A stretch of DNA of 63,487 bases from Proteromonas lacertae (Eukaryota). Positions 12,619 to 24,007 of this stretch are shown here, one piece after another (the first letter of the stretch is position 1; every line of letters begins with the position of its first letter). The stretch is from the NCBI GenBank assembly GCA_002245135.1, contig NGBS01000313.1, positions 62,001 to 125,487 on the forward strand. Direction: 5' to 3'. The notes under the pieces are model-generated. The model saw nothing but the letters and a program-made list of their open reading frames with translations, had not been told where the DNA came from and made no database searches. The position numbers were made by a program, and so were the translations under genes.

Positions 12619-13391
12619 ATGTCAGAAAATTCAAAGCCTTATAAAAATAATGAAGAATTTGTTACTCATATTTCTAAGAAAGGTGAAGAGTGTTATAGAC
12701 AACTATTACCAAAACAAATTACTACTCTACATGATCTATGTAAAGTATTGTTTATTATATGTAAAATTAATAGAATTCTCCATTATTTACACTTCCAGCG
12801 TATTCTAGTGATGGATCTTCAGCAAAGAAGTTTTTTGATGATGCATCACTAGAAATAACTGCATCTATTCAAAGAATAGAAGAATATGCGAAATGTATGA
12901 AAGAAGAATCATCAGAAGTAATTAAAAACAACACAAAACCATTTATAGATTCTAACAAAACAATAATGGAGATGGGAACACTGATTAAAAATGAAATTCT
13001 TCAAACAATAGATATTGTAAACTCTATAAAGATGTGGATTCAGTTAAATATTCCAAAAATAGGTGGTACAGGAGAACAGAATGTATTTGTACAGAAAAGT
13101 TTAGTTGCTGAGTTTACTAACACTGGTGATATGTGTAGTAATCTTTTAGACACAATAATGCAGTATTTTACTTTAAGAGGTGATATTGTAAGAAAAATAA
13201 TAAAATATCCTAAAATCGAAGATTTTAAACTGTCACTCAAAGAAATGGATGAAAATAGAATTATACAACTCAAATTACAGGTTTTAGATTTGAGAAATGT
13301 ATTTACTACCTTGCTAGATATTATGAATAAGAATATAGATATTATTATACCTAAAAAGAAGATATCTGATAGTTCTACTGTGTGGTGTTAG
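12619..13391 (+). CDS. Proteasome activator PA28 (11S/REG)-like protein
   Basis: Two exons (intron ~12745-12773). IDSNKTI..IKNEI..IKMWIQLNIPKI, YFTLRGDIVRKIIKYPKIEDF, LDLRN..LLDIMNKN..IIIPK. Confidence 0.85.
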
Positions 13392-13512
13392 TTATTTTTT
13401 GTTTAATAGTCTAATTTAATGCATTTTTATTGTTTGTTCTTCCCATTAAATAGAATTTATGAAAATCAATAATTATTTATGTACAACTTAATCTAATATA
13501 CTTCTATCTAAC

Positions 13513-13659
13513 TCAATCTTGATCGTCTGTACAATTATCAAATCTAAGTTGTTTGCCTTTCGTTCCTTTCGTCATACAACGACTTCTCTTGATTATTGGA
13601 GCAGCAGGAGTCTTTATTTCTCTTCTTCTATTAATTCGTCGCTCTGGTGGTGTATTCAT
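13513..13659 (-). CDS. Small basic 48-aa protein with TP and KxLxF motifs
   Basis: MNTPPERRINRRREIKTPAAPIIKRSRCMTKGTKGKQLRFDNCTDDQD*. GC is higher than the flanks, and the ATG follows TTTAG (possible upstream intron). Confidence 0.45.
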   Translation of the reverse strand: MNTPPERRINRRREIKTPAAPIIKRSRCMTKGTKGKQLRFDNCTDDQD

Positions 13660-13829
13660 CTAAATATTAAATAATATAAAAAATTAATTCTCATTTATAC
13701 ATAAAATAGCCAACAAATAACTAGATCACTCAATTAAAAAAAAAGATTGAAAATAAAACTAGAGAATCAAGCCTATTATTCCTAAAGTTGAATAAATCCA
13801 TAAACTCTATAAAAACTATCAATGAAAAA

Positions 13830-14600
13830 TTACTTATTTTGTTTAACTAACTTAACTACTTCATACATTGAAGGTATTTTAAATTCGTCTTGATAATTAA
13901 ACACTTCCACACCTATTTAATTGAATAATAAAACAAAATATTATACCATTCACGCTTATCGTAAATATAGGTTCTTCGAAACTAAATAATAAAGGCAAAA
14001 TTCCTATAAAAAATGTAAACGCTGCAAAATATTTAATCCACTTGTTAACCTTTTCGTAAGTTTCAACACTTAATCTGCAACAAAAAAAAAGAAACTATTT
14101 ACATATTATAACAATCAATTCATACATTTCCACAACAAAAATACATCATAAATGCTGAAACTACAAAAAATTTAGATATAAATCCCATAATCTATTTAGT
14201 TCACGATAATAAATCTATATACATGTTCTAAAATTCTAAATGTTTGAACACAATGGTGTTTAATAACATATTCTGGGTGACTTTTTTTCAAATTCTTTAT
14301 TAACTCCAGTGATTCCACTAAAAATTGATTACTGTATAATATTTTCAGTTTTATTGTTGCAGTTTTCTTATGAGCAGCATATCCACCAGAAATATCATAA
14401 ACTGGAAGATCATTACCATCTTCATCTTTCTCATAAGTCGGTTGGATGTGAACATCTTCTACTTGCTTTTCATCTTCATCTTCTTCTATAAAAGAGATAT
14501 CCTCATCATCAAATCCAAAAAAATTATCTCCAAACTGTGCATTAATATTAATAAATATTGAAATTATGATTAGCAATATAAATAGGTATTTTGACTTCAT
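13830..14600 (-). CDS. Selenoprotein T-like thioredoxin-fold ER protein lacking CxxU
   Basis: Signal peptide; IKLKILYS..KKSHPEYVIKH; two hydrophobic segments in later exons; C-terminal FTISVN|GVEVFNYQDEFKIPSMYEVVKLV resembles SelT FEITLN..VWSK..HLPSMQQLV. Confidence 0.55.
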
Positions 14601-14684
14601 AAAAAAAAGAAAATTATTTTTGTGGTGTTCAAAAAAATAGGGTAAGTTTTCAGTAAGACATTTTTTGTTTCATCAATATCTTTG

Positions 14685-15740
14685 ATGGTATTGCTTCTTA
14701 TTATTCTATATATATGTAGGCAATTATTTTACAAAAATTAAAAGCGGCTGTCAATGGAGTTACTGAGTTTCTTGATAACAGTGTAGTATTAGAGATAAAA
14801 TTCGAAGATGAAAAGAAAAGAAAGTTTAGAAGAATGGATACCACAGAAGCTTGGGCTACAGAAGATCCTGATGCATATACTAAACAACCGTTTGTATTTC
14901 ACGTATACAATTATATTTCACATATAAATTACAGGGAGATGAACCAATTAAAGGTAAAATCACATTATACAATAGATCTGGTTCTCCTAAATATCACATT
15001 GGAATTATGGCTTCTCTTATTGCAGAAATCGTTGATACAAATGATATGACCGTTACATACAATTTATTCAAAGAAATGAAAGAAATATCAGGACCAGATG
15101 CAATTCCTACAAAGAAACAAGTATTAATCAAAATCACTCTATATTATATATATATATAGCATTTTAAATTTGAATTTAAAGAGCCAAGAATCTATGAATC
15201 TTATCATGGTCGTAATGTTTCAGTATCTTATTATATCAAAGTGGTAATGAGTCGTGAAGATTCAAGAAATAATGTAGTTACAAAGGGATTATGGAATTAT
15301 GTGACTACTCCTGTATATTATATTAATATCATATATATATATATATATATATTGTATAGCCACCAGAAAAAATAGTACCAATCCAATTAGAAGTTGGTAT
15401 TGAAGATTGTATGCATGTAGTATTTGTTTATGATAGAGATTCGTATTTATAATTTATTGTTATTATTATTATTAGATATGATGTAAATGGTGTAGTAACA
15501 GGCAAAGTAACATTCAAACAAGTTCGTATCAATGTAAAAGTAATGGAATTAGCTGTAATACGTAAAGAATATTCTGGAACAGAAGAGAATCCTGTATTAG
15601 AGACAGATACATTAGCACATTATGAAATTATGGATGGTTTACCTACTGAAGGAACAATTATTCCAATTAGATTGTATTTACAACCATTGAATTTAACACC
15701 TACATTGAATAAAATTGATGATCGTTTTAGTGTTTGTGTA

Positions 15741-15773
<33 letters not shown>

Positions 15774-15858
15774 GTATTATTTAAGTTTGATAATTATTGA
15801 TCATCAAGATAGAAGATATTTCAAACAACAGGAAATTAAGTTGTATAGATCTAACTAA
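14685..15858 (+). CDS. VPS26: Retromer subunit VPS26
   Basis: YESYHGRNVSVSYYIKV, IQLEVGIEDCMHV, YEIMDGLP..IPIRLYL..LTPT, DRRYFKQQEIKLYR. Multiple short introns. Confidence 0.93.
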
Positions 15859-15937
15859 TTTTTTTTATGTATTATTATAATTATAAATATTAATTTTTAT
15901 AAAAGAATGTTTATTAAAATAATAACAATTAAATATA

Positions 15938-17607
15938 TTAAAGAACACCAATTTTAACCACAAAGTGAGCATCATCAACAATTCCATGTTGCTCTTTTAT
16001 ATCAACATCTATCAATCCATTATCATTTACACACATTGTAATTTCAAAATTATAATCTTCTCTAGGTCTTGAAGGTAAATCATCCATGAATATATTTATA
16101 TAAGAATGTACAATTTTTAACTCTATCTGCATCTCCTTGATAAACTTGCCATGCTAATGAAGTTTGATAATCATCTAAAGGACGATAAGTCATCTCTAAT
16201 CTTTTAGGAGTATTATATGGAGTTCCTTTTGGAACTATAATACTCATTTCAACATAATTCACTTCTATTCCAATTGATTGAGATAAAATATCTTTTACCA
16301 ATATCTTTCTTCCTCTTCCTTGAATTGGTACTTTAAAGCCATTATTAGTTCTAGCTGTTGAAGATCCTTCAACTAATACTTTTCTTCCATGATTATTATT
16401 ATCAATAACATTACCACTAGCAACATCAACTAACACTTTTTTACCTCTTACATTCTTCTCTTTAATACCTCTGCTTACATCTTCAGCCAAAATAGCAGCT
16501 CCAATTGCTACAGCTTCATCTGGATTTATATCTAAGTTTAACTCATTTCTCTTAAAGAATGTTTTTATTCTTTCTCTTACTTCTAATATTTTACTACTTC
16601 CACCAACTAATACAATATCTTCTATGTCATTTTTTGATAAACCACTATCACTTAACACTTTCTGAACAATTTTCAATGTTTTATCATATATATCTGAGTT
16701 TAGACGAGTTAATAATGCTCTAGATAAATTATCATCAATGTCATTATCATCTAATAAATCATAATCAACATCTGCTTCATTCATATCACTAAGTAAGCAC
16801 TTAGCCTTTTCACATGCAATACGTAATCTCCATAATTTCTTTGGATCTCTACTAATATCAACACCAGCTTCTTCTTTCAATTTGTTTAAGTAATAATTTA
16901 CTAAATTATTATCAATATCTTCTCCACCTAAATGAGTATCTCCACCTGTCGCTTTTACTGTGATTTCATTGTTCTTCACTTCGATTATACTTACATCAAA
17001 TGTTCCACCTCCAAAATCATATACTAAAATTGTTCTATTTGCTTTCTCTTTCACATATTTATATCCATAAGCAATAGCAGCTGCTGTTGGTTCATTAATT
17101 ATTTGTAATACATTCAAGCCTGCTAATTCACCAGCTTCAATTGTTGCTCTTCTTTGTATATCATTAAAATAAGCAGGTACGGTTATGACAACATGCTTAT
17201 TAGCATTTTGAGGCACTCCTGCCTTGACACAAGCAAATTGTCCCAATATCTTCAATACTTCAGCTGAAACTTCTTGTGGTTTTAATCGTCTATATCCCAC
17301 TACTATAACAGGATTACCACCTTCAGATTCTACTTCAAATCCGAAATGTTTTAAATCACTCTGTACTTCTGATATCTTATGACCAATTAATCTTTTAGCA
17401 TCTCTTACTGTGTTTTTAATATTACTAGCTAAATTATATTTTGCTGCAGAACCTACAACAACACCATCACTTAAATATGACACTACAGATGGAATAGTCC
17501 TATTACCACCATCTGCAACTGCAACATCTGGTACTCCATTTTTAGAAATAGCAGCACAGGAGTTAGTAGTGCCTAAATCAATTCCAAAAGGCAAATAAAT
17601 ATGACAT
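15938..17607 (-). CDS. Atypical Hsp70 (NBD + SBD-beta only), copy 1, two 1-nt frameshifts
   Basis: GIDLGTTNS, TVPAYFND, EPTAAA, DFGGGTFD, LVGGSS. True start is probably MSYLFAFGIDLG (ATG 17607, extra T near 17588). The C-terminus continues in ORF 15938-16132 after a shift near 16092. Confidence 0.85.
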
Positions 17608-17706
17608 AATTTACAGTAGTTTTTTACATTGATTATTACACAAGAGAATAAATATAGAAATGAATTAATGCAACAACTGTTACAACTAATAATATTTGTT
17701 AGAATA

Positions 17707-19394
17707 TTAAATTACTCCAATTTTAACCACAAAGTGAGCATCATCAACAATTCCACTTTTTTCTTTTATATCAACATCTGTTAAACCGTTACTATTAATA
17801 CACATTGTAACTTTAAAATTATAATCACTAGATGGTCTTGGAGGCAAATCAACCATGCTATAAACACCTAAAAATGGATTATCTTTAGCAACTTTTTTTT
17901 CTCCTATAAATACACTCCATCCCAATGAAGAACAATTGTCATTCGGAGGACGATAACCATTCTCTAACTTTAGGAGTATTATATGGTGTTCCCCTAGGAA
18001 CTACAATACTCATCTCACCAGTACACAACTCTATTCCAATTGGTTGAGCTATAATATCAGTAACAATTATCTTTCTACCTCCTCCTTTAATTGGCACTTT
18101 AAAACCTGTATTTGTAGTAGCATGTCGATGAACCTTTTACAATTACTTTTTTACCATGATTATTATTATCAATTATACTACCACTAGCAACATCAACTAA
18201 CACTTTTTTACCTCCTTCACTCTTCTCTTTTATACCTCTACTCAAATCTTCAGCTAATAATCCAGCTCCAATTGCTACAGCTTCATCTGGATTTATATCT
18301 TTGTTGATTGTTTTTCCTGGGAATAAATTACTTAACAATCTCTGTACTTCAGGTATTCTACTACTTCCACCTATTAAAACAACATCATCTATTATTTCTT
18401 TTGATAATTTACTATCACTTAACACTTTCTGAACTATTGTTATTGTTCTTTCAAATAGTTTTTGATTTAATTGATTGAAAAGTGCTGTTGTTAGGGTTGT
18501 ATCAATATCATTATCTTCTAATAAATCATAAGATATATCAACTTCACTCATTTCACTTAACATAATTTTAGCTTCTTCACAACTACTTCGCAATTTCCAT
18601 AACTTTTTCTGATCTTTACTTACATCCACTCCAGCATCTTCTTTCAATTTGTTTAAGTAATAGCTCATAATATTATTGTCAATATCTTCTCCACCTAAAT
18701 GAGTATCTCCACCTGTCGCTTTTACTGTGATTTCATTATTCTTCACTTCGATTATACTTACATCAAATGTTCCACCTCCAAAATCATATACTAAAATAAT
18801 TCGATCTTTCTTTTGATTTACATATTTATATCCATAAGCAATAGCAGCAGCTGTTGGTTCGTTTATTACCTGCAAAACATCCAAACCAGCCATTTGTCCA
18901 GCTTCAATTGTAGCTCTTCTTTGTATATCATTAAAATAAGCAGGTACAGTGATAACTGCGTGTTTACCAACATTATTATTTTTGTCACAGTATACAGAGA
19001 TCATTTCACCGAGTTCTTTTAGAACATTACTTGAAATCTCTTGTGGTTTAAACTTTCTTTCAGTTCCATTTGAATTTATTACTATTAATGGGTTGTCATC
19101 ACCATTAGCTTCAACTTGAAATCCCCAGAGCCTCACATCATTCCTAACACCTTCTTCTGAAAATTTATGACCTATAAGTCTTTTTACACCATATACAGTA
19201 TTTTTAATATTTGTTCCAATTTGATTTTTTGCTGTTTCACCTACTATAACCTCATTCCCTTTAAAAGCCACAAATGAAGGTATTGTTCTTTTCCCAGTTT
19301 TAGAAGGTATAACAGTCTGTGTTCCATCCTTTGAAAATGAAATACAGCTGTTAGTTGTTCCTAAATCAATACCAAAAGTGAATAAATCTGACAT
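17707..19394 (-). CDS. Atypical Hsp70 copy 2 (frameshifts near 18124 and 17970)
   Basis: Hsp70 NBD motifs in ORF 18099-19394. The C-terminal SBD-beta is collinear with copy 1 once two shifts are corrected and ends VDDAHFVVKIGVI. Confidence 0.85.
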
Positions 19395-19481
19395 TATTTA
19401 CAGTAGAATTACAAGTGAACTTTTTACATTATGAACAACATATAAATCATATATAATATTATAAGATATATTAACTATTAA

Positions 19482-21395
19482 TTACAAATTTTTAACAGAA
19501 ATCTGTAGATTCTTATCATCAACTAAATTATTCTTCTCTTTCACAACTACATTCAAAGTTCCATTAATATCAATATTCATTGAAACCATAAAACATATTT
19601 CTCCTTTCTTTTTCAATGGCAAATTAACCATTGAATATTTATATAAGAATGAATTCTTTGATGCAATTGGATTTTCACCTTGATAAAATCCCCATGATAA
19701 ATCCTTAGTATCATCATGTGGTGTATAATATTTACGTTCATTTGTACAAGGAATTGATGAATTCTTTTCTAATATAATAGACATTTTATCATGTATAACT
19801 CTAATTCCGATTGGTTGAGATAATATATCATGAATAATAATCTTACTTCCATCCACTTCCTCTTCCTCTTTCCTTTCTTCCTCTTCTTCCTCCTCTTTCT
19901 TTTCTTCTTCATTCTCTTCTTTCTTTTCTTCCTCTTTCTTTTCTTCCTCCCCATCCTCTTTCCTTTCTTCTTCATTCTTTTCTTCTTCTTCTTCCTCCTC
20001 TTTCTTTTCTCCCTCTTCTTCCACTTTGATAGAATGATGAGTTTCTTCATTTTCAATTTTTGGTGAAGTTGGTTTAGTTTCATTTTCATCTCTTCTTCCC
20101 ACATTTATTTCTGGAATAATCAAATCATCTTTTGAATAAGTAAAATCATCATCACCTCCTCCTCCTCTAAATGATTTAACAGTTCGACTCTTATTAATAA
20201 ATGATGTAGTTGTATTTGTTGATGAAATTTCTCTATTACCTTTTGCAACATCTTCAGCTAAAATACCAGCTCCAATTGCTACAGCTTCATCTGGATTTAT
20301 ATCTTTGTTAATTGGTTTACCTACAAATAATTCACTCAATAATCTTTGAACTTCAGGTATTCTACTACTTCCACCTATTAATACTACATCATCTATTGAT
20401 TCTTTTGATAATTTACTTTCAGCTATTACATGTTTTACAATATCTATTGTTTTCTCAAATAAATTTTTATTCAATTGATTGAAAAGTGCTGTTGTTAAGG
20501 TTGTATCAATATCATTATCTTCTAAAACTGCTGATCCAACTGTTGCTTCATTTGTCTCACTTAATATAATTTTAGCTTCTTCACAATTGCTTCGCAATTT
20601 CCATAATTTCTTTGGATCTCTACTAATATCAACACCAGCTTCTTCTTTCAATTTGTTTAAGTAATAATTTACTAAATTATTATCAATATCTTCTCCACCT
20701 AAATGAGTATCTCCACCTGTCGCTTTTACTGTGATTTCATTGTTCTTCACTTCGATTATACTTACATCAAATGTTCCACCTCCAAAATCATATACTAAAA
20801 TTGTTCTATTTGCTTTCTCTTTCACATATTTATATCCATAAGCAATAGCAGCTGCTGTTGGTTCATTAATTATTTGTAATACATTCAAGCCTGCTAATTC
20901 ACCAGCTTCAATTGTTGCTCTTCTTTGTATATCATTAAAATAAGCAGGTACGGTTATTACAGCGTTCTTTTCAACATCCAAATCCTTTTCACACATCTCA
21001 CAAACCATAACAGACAACTCTTTTAAAACATTACTTGAAATCTCTTGCGGTTGTAATAATTTTTCACTTCCATTTGGATTAATACTTATAAGTGGATCAT
21101 CATTATCATCAGCTATTACTCTATATCCCCATAGCTTCACATCTTGTTGAACTGCTTCTTCTGAAAATTTATGACCTATAAGCCGTTTGACTCCATACAC
21201 TGTATTTTTTACATTTGATGATACTTGATTTTTTGCTGTTTCGCCTACTATTACCTCATCTCCTTTATAAGCCACAAATGAAGGTAAAGTTCTTTTTCCA
21301 GTCTTAGTGGGAACTACGTTATCTGTTCCATCCTTTCTATATGACAAACAACTGTTAGTTGTCCCTAAATCAATTCCAAAAGTGAATTTACTCAT
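19482..21395 (-). CDS. Atypical Hsp70 copy 3 with Glu/Lys-rich insert
   Basis: Intact ORF from MSKFTFGIDLG (ATG 21395): NBD motifs, E/K tract, SBD-beta, no lid or EEVD. Confidence 0.9.
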   Translation of the reverse strand: MSKFTFGIDLGTTNSCLSYRKDGTDNVVPTKTGKRTLPSFVAYKGDEVIVGETAKNQVSSNVKNTVYGVKRLIGHKFSEEAVQQDVKLWGYRVIADDNDDPLISINPNGSEKLLQPQEISSNVLKELSVMVCEMCEKDLDVEKNAVITVPAYFNDIQRRATIEAGELAGLNVLQIINEPTAAAIAYGYKYVKEKANRTILVYDFGGGTFDVSIIEVKNNEITVKATGGDTHLGGEDIDNNLVNYYLNKLKEEAGVDISRDPKKLWKLRSNCEEAKIILSETNEATVGSAVLEDNDIDTTLTTALFNQLNKNLFEKTIDIVKHVIAESKLSKESIDDVVLIGGSSRIPEVQRLLSELFVGKPINKDINPDEAVAIGAGILAEDVAKGNREISSTNTTTSFINKSRTVKSFRGGGGDDDFTYSKDDLIIPEINVGRRDENETKPTSPKIENEETHHSIKVEEEGEKKEEEEEEEKNEEERKEDGEEEKKEEEKKEENEEEKKEEEEEEERKEEEEVDGSKIIIHDILSQPIGIRVIHDKMSIILEKNSSIPCTNERKYYTPHDDTKDLSWGFYQGENPIASKNSFLYKYSMVNLPLKKKGEICFMVSMNIDINGTLNVVVKEKNNLVDDKNLQISVKNL

Positions 21396-21548
21396 TTTAC
21401 AGTAACAACATCTTTTTTTACACAATTTTGTATTGATTGTTAATATATCACAATACACACATAATATTAACAAAATAAACAATATAATAAGTTATATAAC
21501 CAAATTAGTTCTTTCTAAAGTTAAATTCTTTTTATTTTTTTATTTTTT

Positions 21549-23619
21549 TTATAAGTGACAAACTTTTTTACTTGGAGCTACACCTTTGTAATACTCCATC
21601 ATTTTAATAGCTTTGTCTTTTAAATTTTCAGCATTAATACCATAATAATTATATACATCTTTAGCAGGTCCTGAAACACCAAATGTTTCAATTCCAACAT
21701 GATAATGAGAATATTTTACCCATGTAGCACCAGGATAAGGTTCAAAACTAAGTACTGGAACAGTATCAGTCAATACAGAATCTCTATAGCCTTCTTCTTG
21801 AGAATCAAATAATTGATTACAAGGCATTGAAACTACTCTAATTTTCTTTTCTTTTAATTCTTTAGCAACTGATATTGCAGTTGCAACTTCACTACCAGAG
21901 GATATAATAATTAATTCTGGTTTAGTGTATGAATAATTTTCATATATAATATAAGCACCTTTACTCACTAATTCATAGGAACTACCTTCACAAGGACTAA
22001 CATTTTGTCTTGTCAATATTAAGAATGTTGGTTTATCCATTGTCTTCATGGCGACAGCATAACTACCAGCTACTTCATTACCATCACATGGTCTTATTAC
22101 TAAAGTATTTGGTATAACTCTGATTTGTACCAATTGTTCAATAGGTTGATGAGTAGGACCATCTTCACCTACACCGATTGAATCATGTGTCATGATATAT
22201 AATGCGGGAATTTTACATAATGAAGCTAATCTTACAGCACCAATTGCATAGTTAATAAATGAGAAAAATGTTGAACAATAAGGTCTAAATCCACCATGAA
22301 CAAATAAACCGTTACAAATAGCAGTCATTGCATGTTCTCTTATACCAAAATAGATGAAATTACCTTTTGGATTTTGTTGTGAAAAGACGGTATTCTCTTT
22401 TAAATATACATTGGTTGATCCGGTTAAATCAGCAGATCCTCCTACTATTTCTGGCATTATTGTTGCCAATTTATTTAACATCATTCCTGAAAATACTCTT
22501 GTTGCTTTTGAATCATTAATTGGTAACATTTCCATTAATGATTTCTCCCAGTCTTTTGGTAATTCTCCATTTATTCTTCTTAATAATTCTTTACTTTTTT
22601 CTGGGTATTTATTAGTATAGTTTTGGAATAATACATCCCATTGTTTGACTGACTTATTTCCTTTATTAACTTGAGTTTTATAAAAATCATATACTTCTTT
22701 ATCAACATGGAAGAATTCTTCAGGATTTAATCCTAACTTTATTTTAGCATCTTTTACACAATCTTTACCTAATGGAGCACCATGTGATGATTCACTTCCT
22801 TCTTTACTACTTCCATAACCAATGGTTGTGTTAATTTTAATAAGAGATGGTTTATTTGTACATTGTTGAGATGATAATATTGCTTTCTTAATACTTTCTA
22901 AATCATTATCTCCATCTTTTACTTCATGTATATCCCAGTTTAATGCTTCGAATTTCTTTAATATATCTTCGGTAAAACATAAATCAGTTGATCCATCTAT
23001 TGTTATTCCATTACTATCGTATAAAACTATTAATTTTCCTAAACCAAGGTGTCCAGCTAAGGATGCAGCTTCTGTGGACATACCTTCTTCTAAACAACCA
23101 TCACCACATATTACATATGTGTAGTGATCGATTAATTTGTAATCTGGTTCATTATAATTGGCAGCTAAGTTTGCTTCAGCAATTGCCATACCTACACCAC
23201 TTGCTAAGCCTTGACCTAATGGCCCTGTAGTGATTTCAACACCATCTGTTGTTCCTAACTCTGGATGACCTGGTGTTTTAGAACCAAGTTGTCTGAATTG
23301 TTTCAAATCATCAATGGAGAGATTGTAACCTGTTAAATGTAACATTGTGTATTGAAGAGTACTGGCATGTCCATTTGATAAAATAAAACGATCGCGGTTG
23401 AACTATAATTACATATCAATTTTATAAGAGATACCCATTTAGGATTGGCACTTGAGTAGTTCATTATAGAACCCCATAATAAATGAGCCATTGGAGCGCA
23501 TCCCATTGGCGCACCTGGGTGACCTGAGTTTGCTTTTTCAATCATATCCATAGCAACACCTCTGATTGTATTAATACACTATAAAATAAAATGTATAGAT
23601 TTGATACTTTTGAATCCAT
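21549..23619 (-). CDS. TKT: Transketolase
   Basis: ANSGHPGAPMG, RDRFILSNGH, TPGHPE, TTGPLGQG, GDGCLEEG, FGIREHAM, THDSIGVGEDGPTHQPIEQ. Two 5' introns; start approximate. Confidence 0.96.
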
Positions 23620-24007
23620 GTCTGATATTTATCTAGACGATTGAATATGTCTATATAAATAAAAATTTGAAATAAAATATGGTTTTATATGTATATAGAA
23701 TGAAATATACAACGAATGAGGAAATGAAATGCAAGCTTGGCTTGGAGATGAAATGCAAGATGGGTTAAATCAACACAAACTTTGGGAATAATGCGTTGAA
23801 AAATATTGTTAGTAATGTTTGTATTTGCATCAGTTGATTTTGATATAAAAATGGTGGAAATCAAACTGATTTGATTTTGATGGGATTAGTGTTTTTGTAT
23901 GTTTTAATCATAAAACAACCATAAAAAAATTAACAAAATCTATTTTCATTTTTATTTCTTTACAAATAAACAGATGTATCAAAAAAATGTGTCTAATCAA
24001 ATTAAAA

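Noticed and set aside
13425..13440. Polyadenylation-created stop codons (TGTTTGTT motif known from Blastocystis)
   Set aside because: The motif occurs downstream of PA28, but the genes whose ends were traced already have encoded stops, so there is no evidence here.
19769..20104. Lys/Arg-rich ORF and antisense Phe-rich ORF
   Set aside because: Alternative-frame shadows of the GAA/GAG-rich insert in Hsp70 copy 3.
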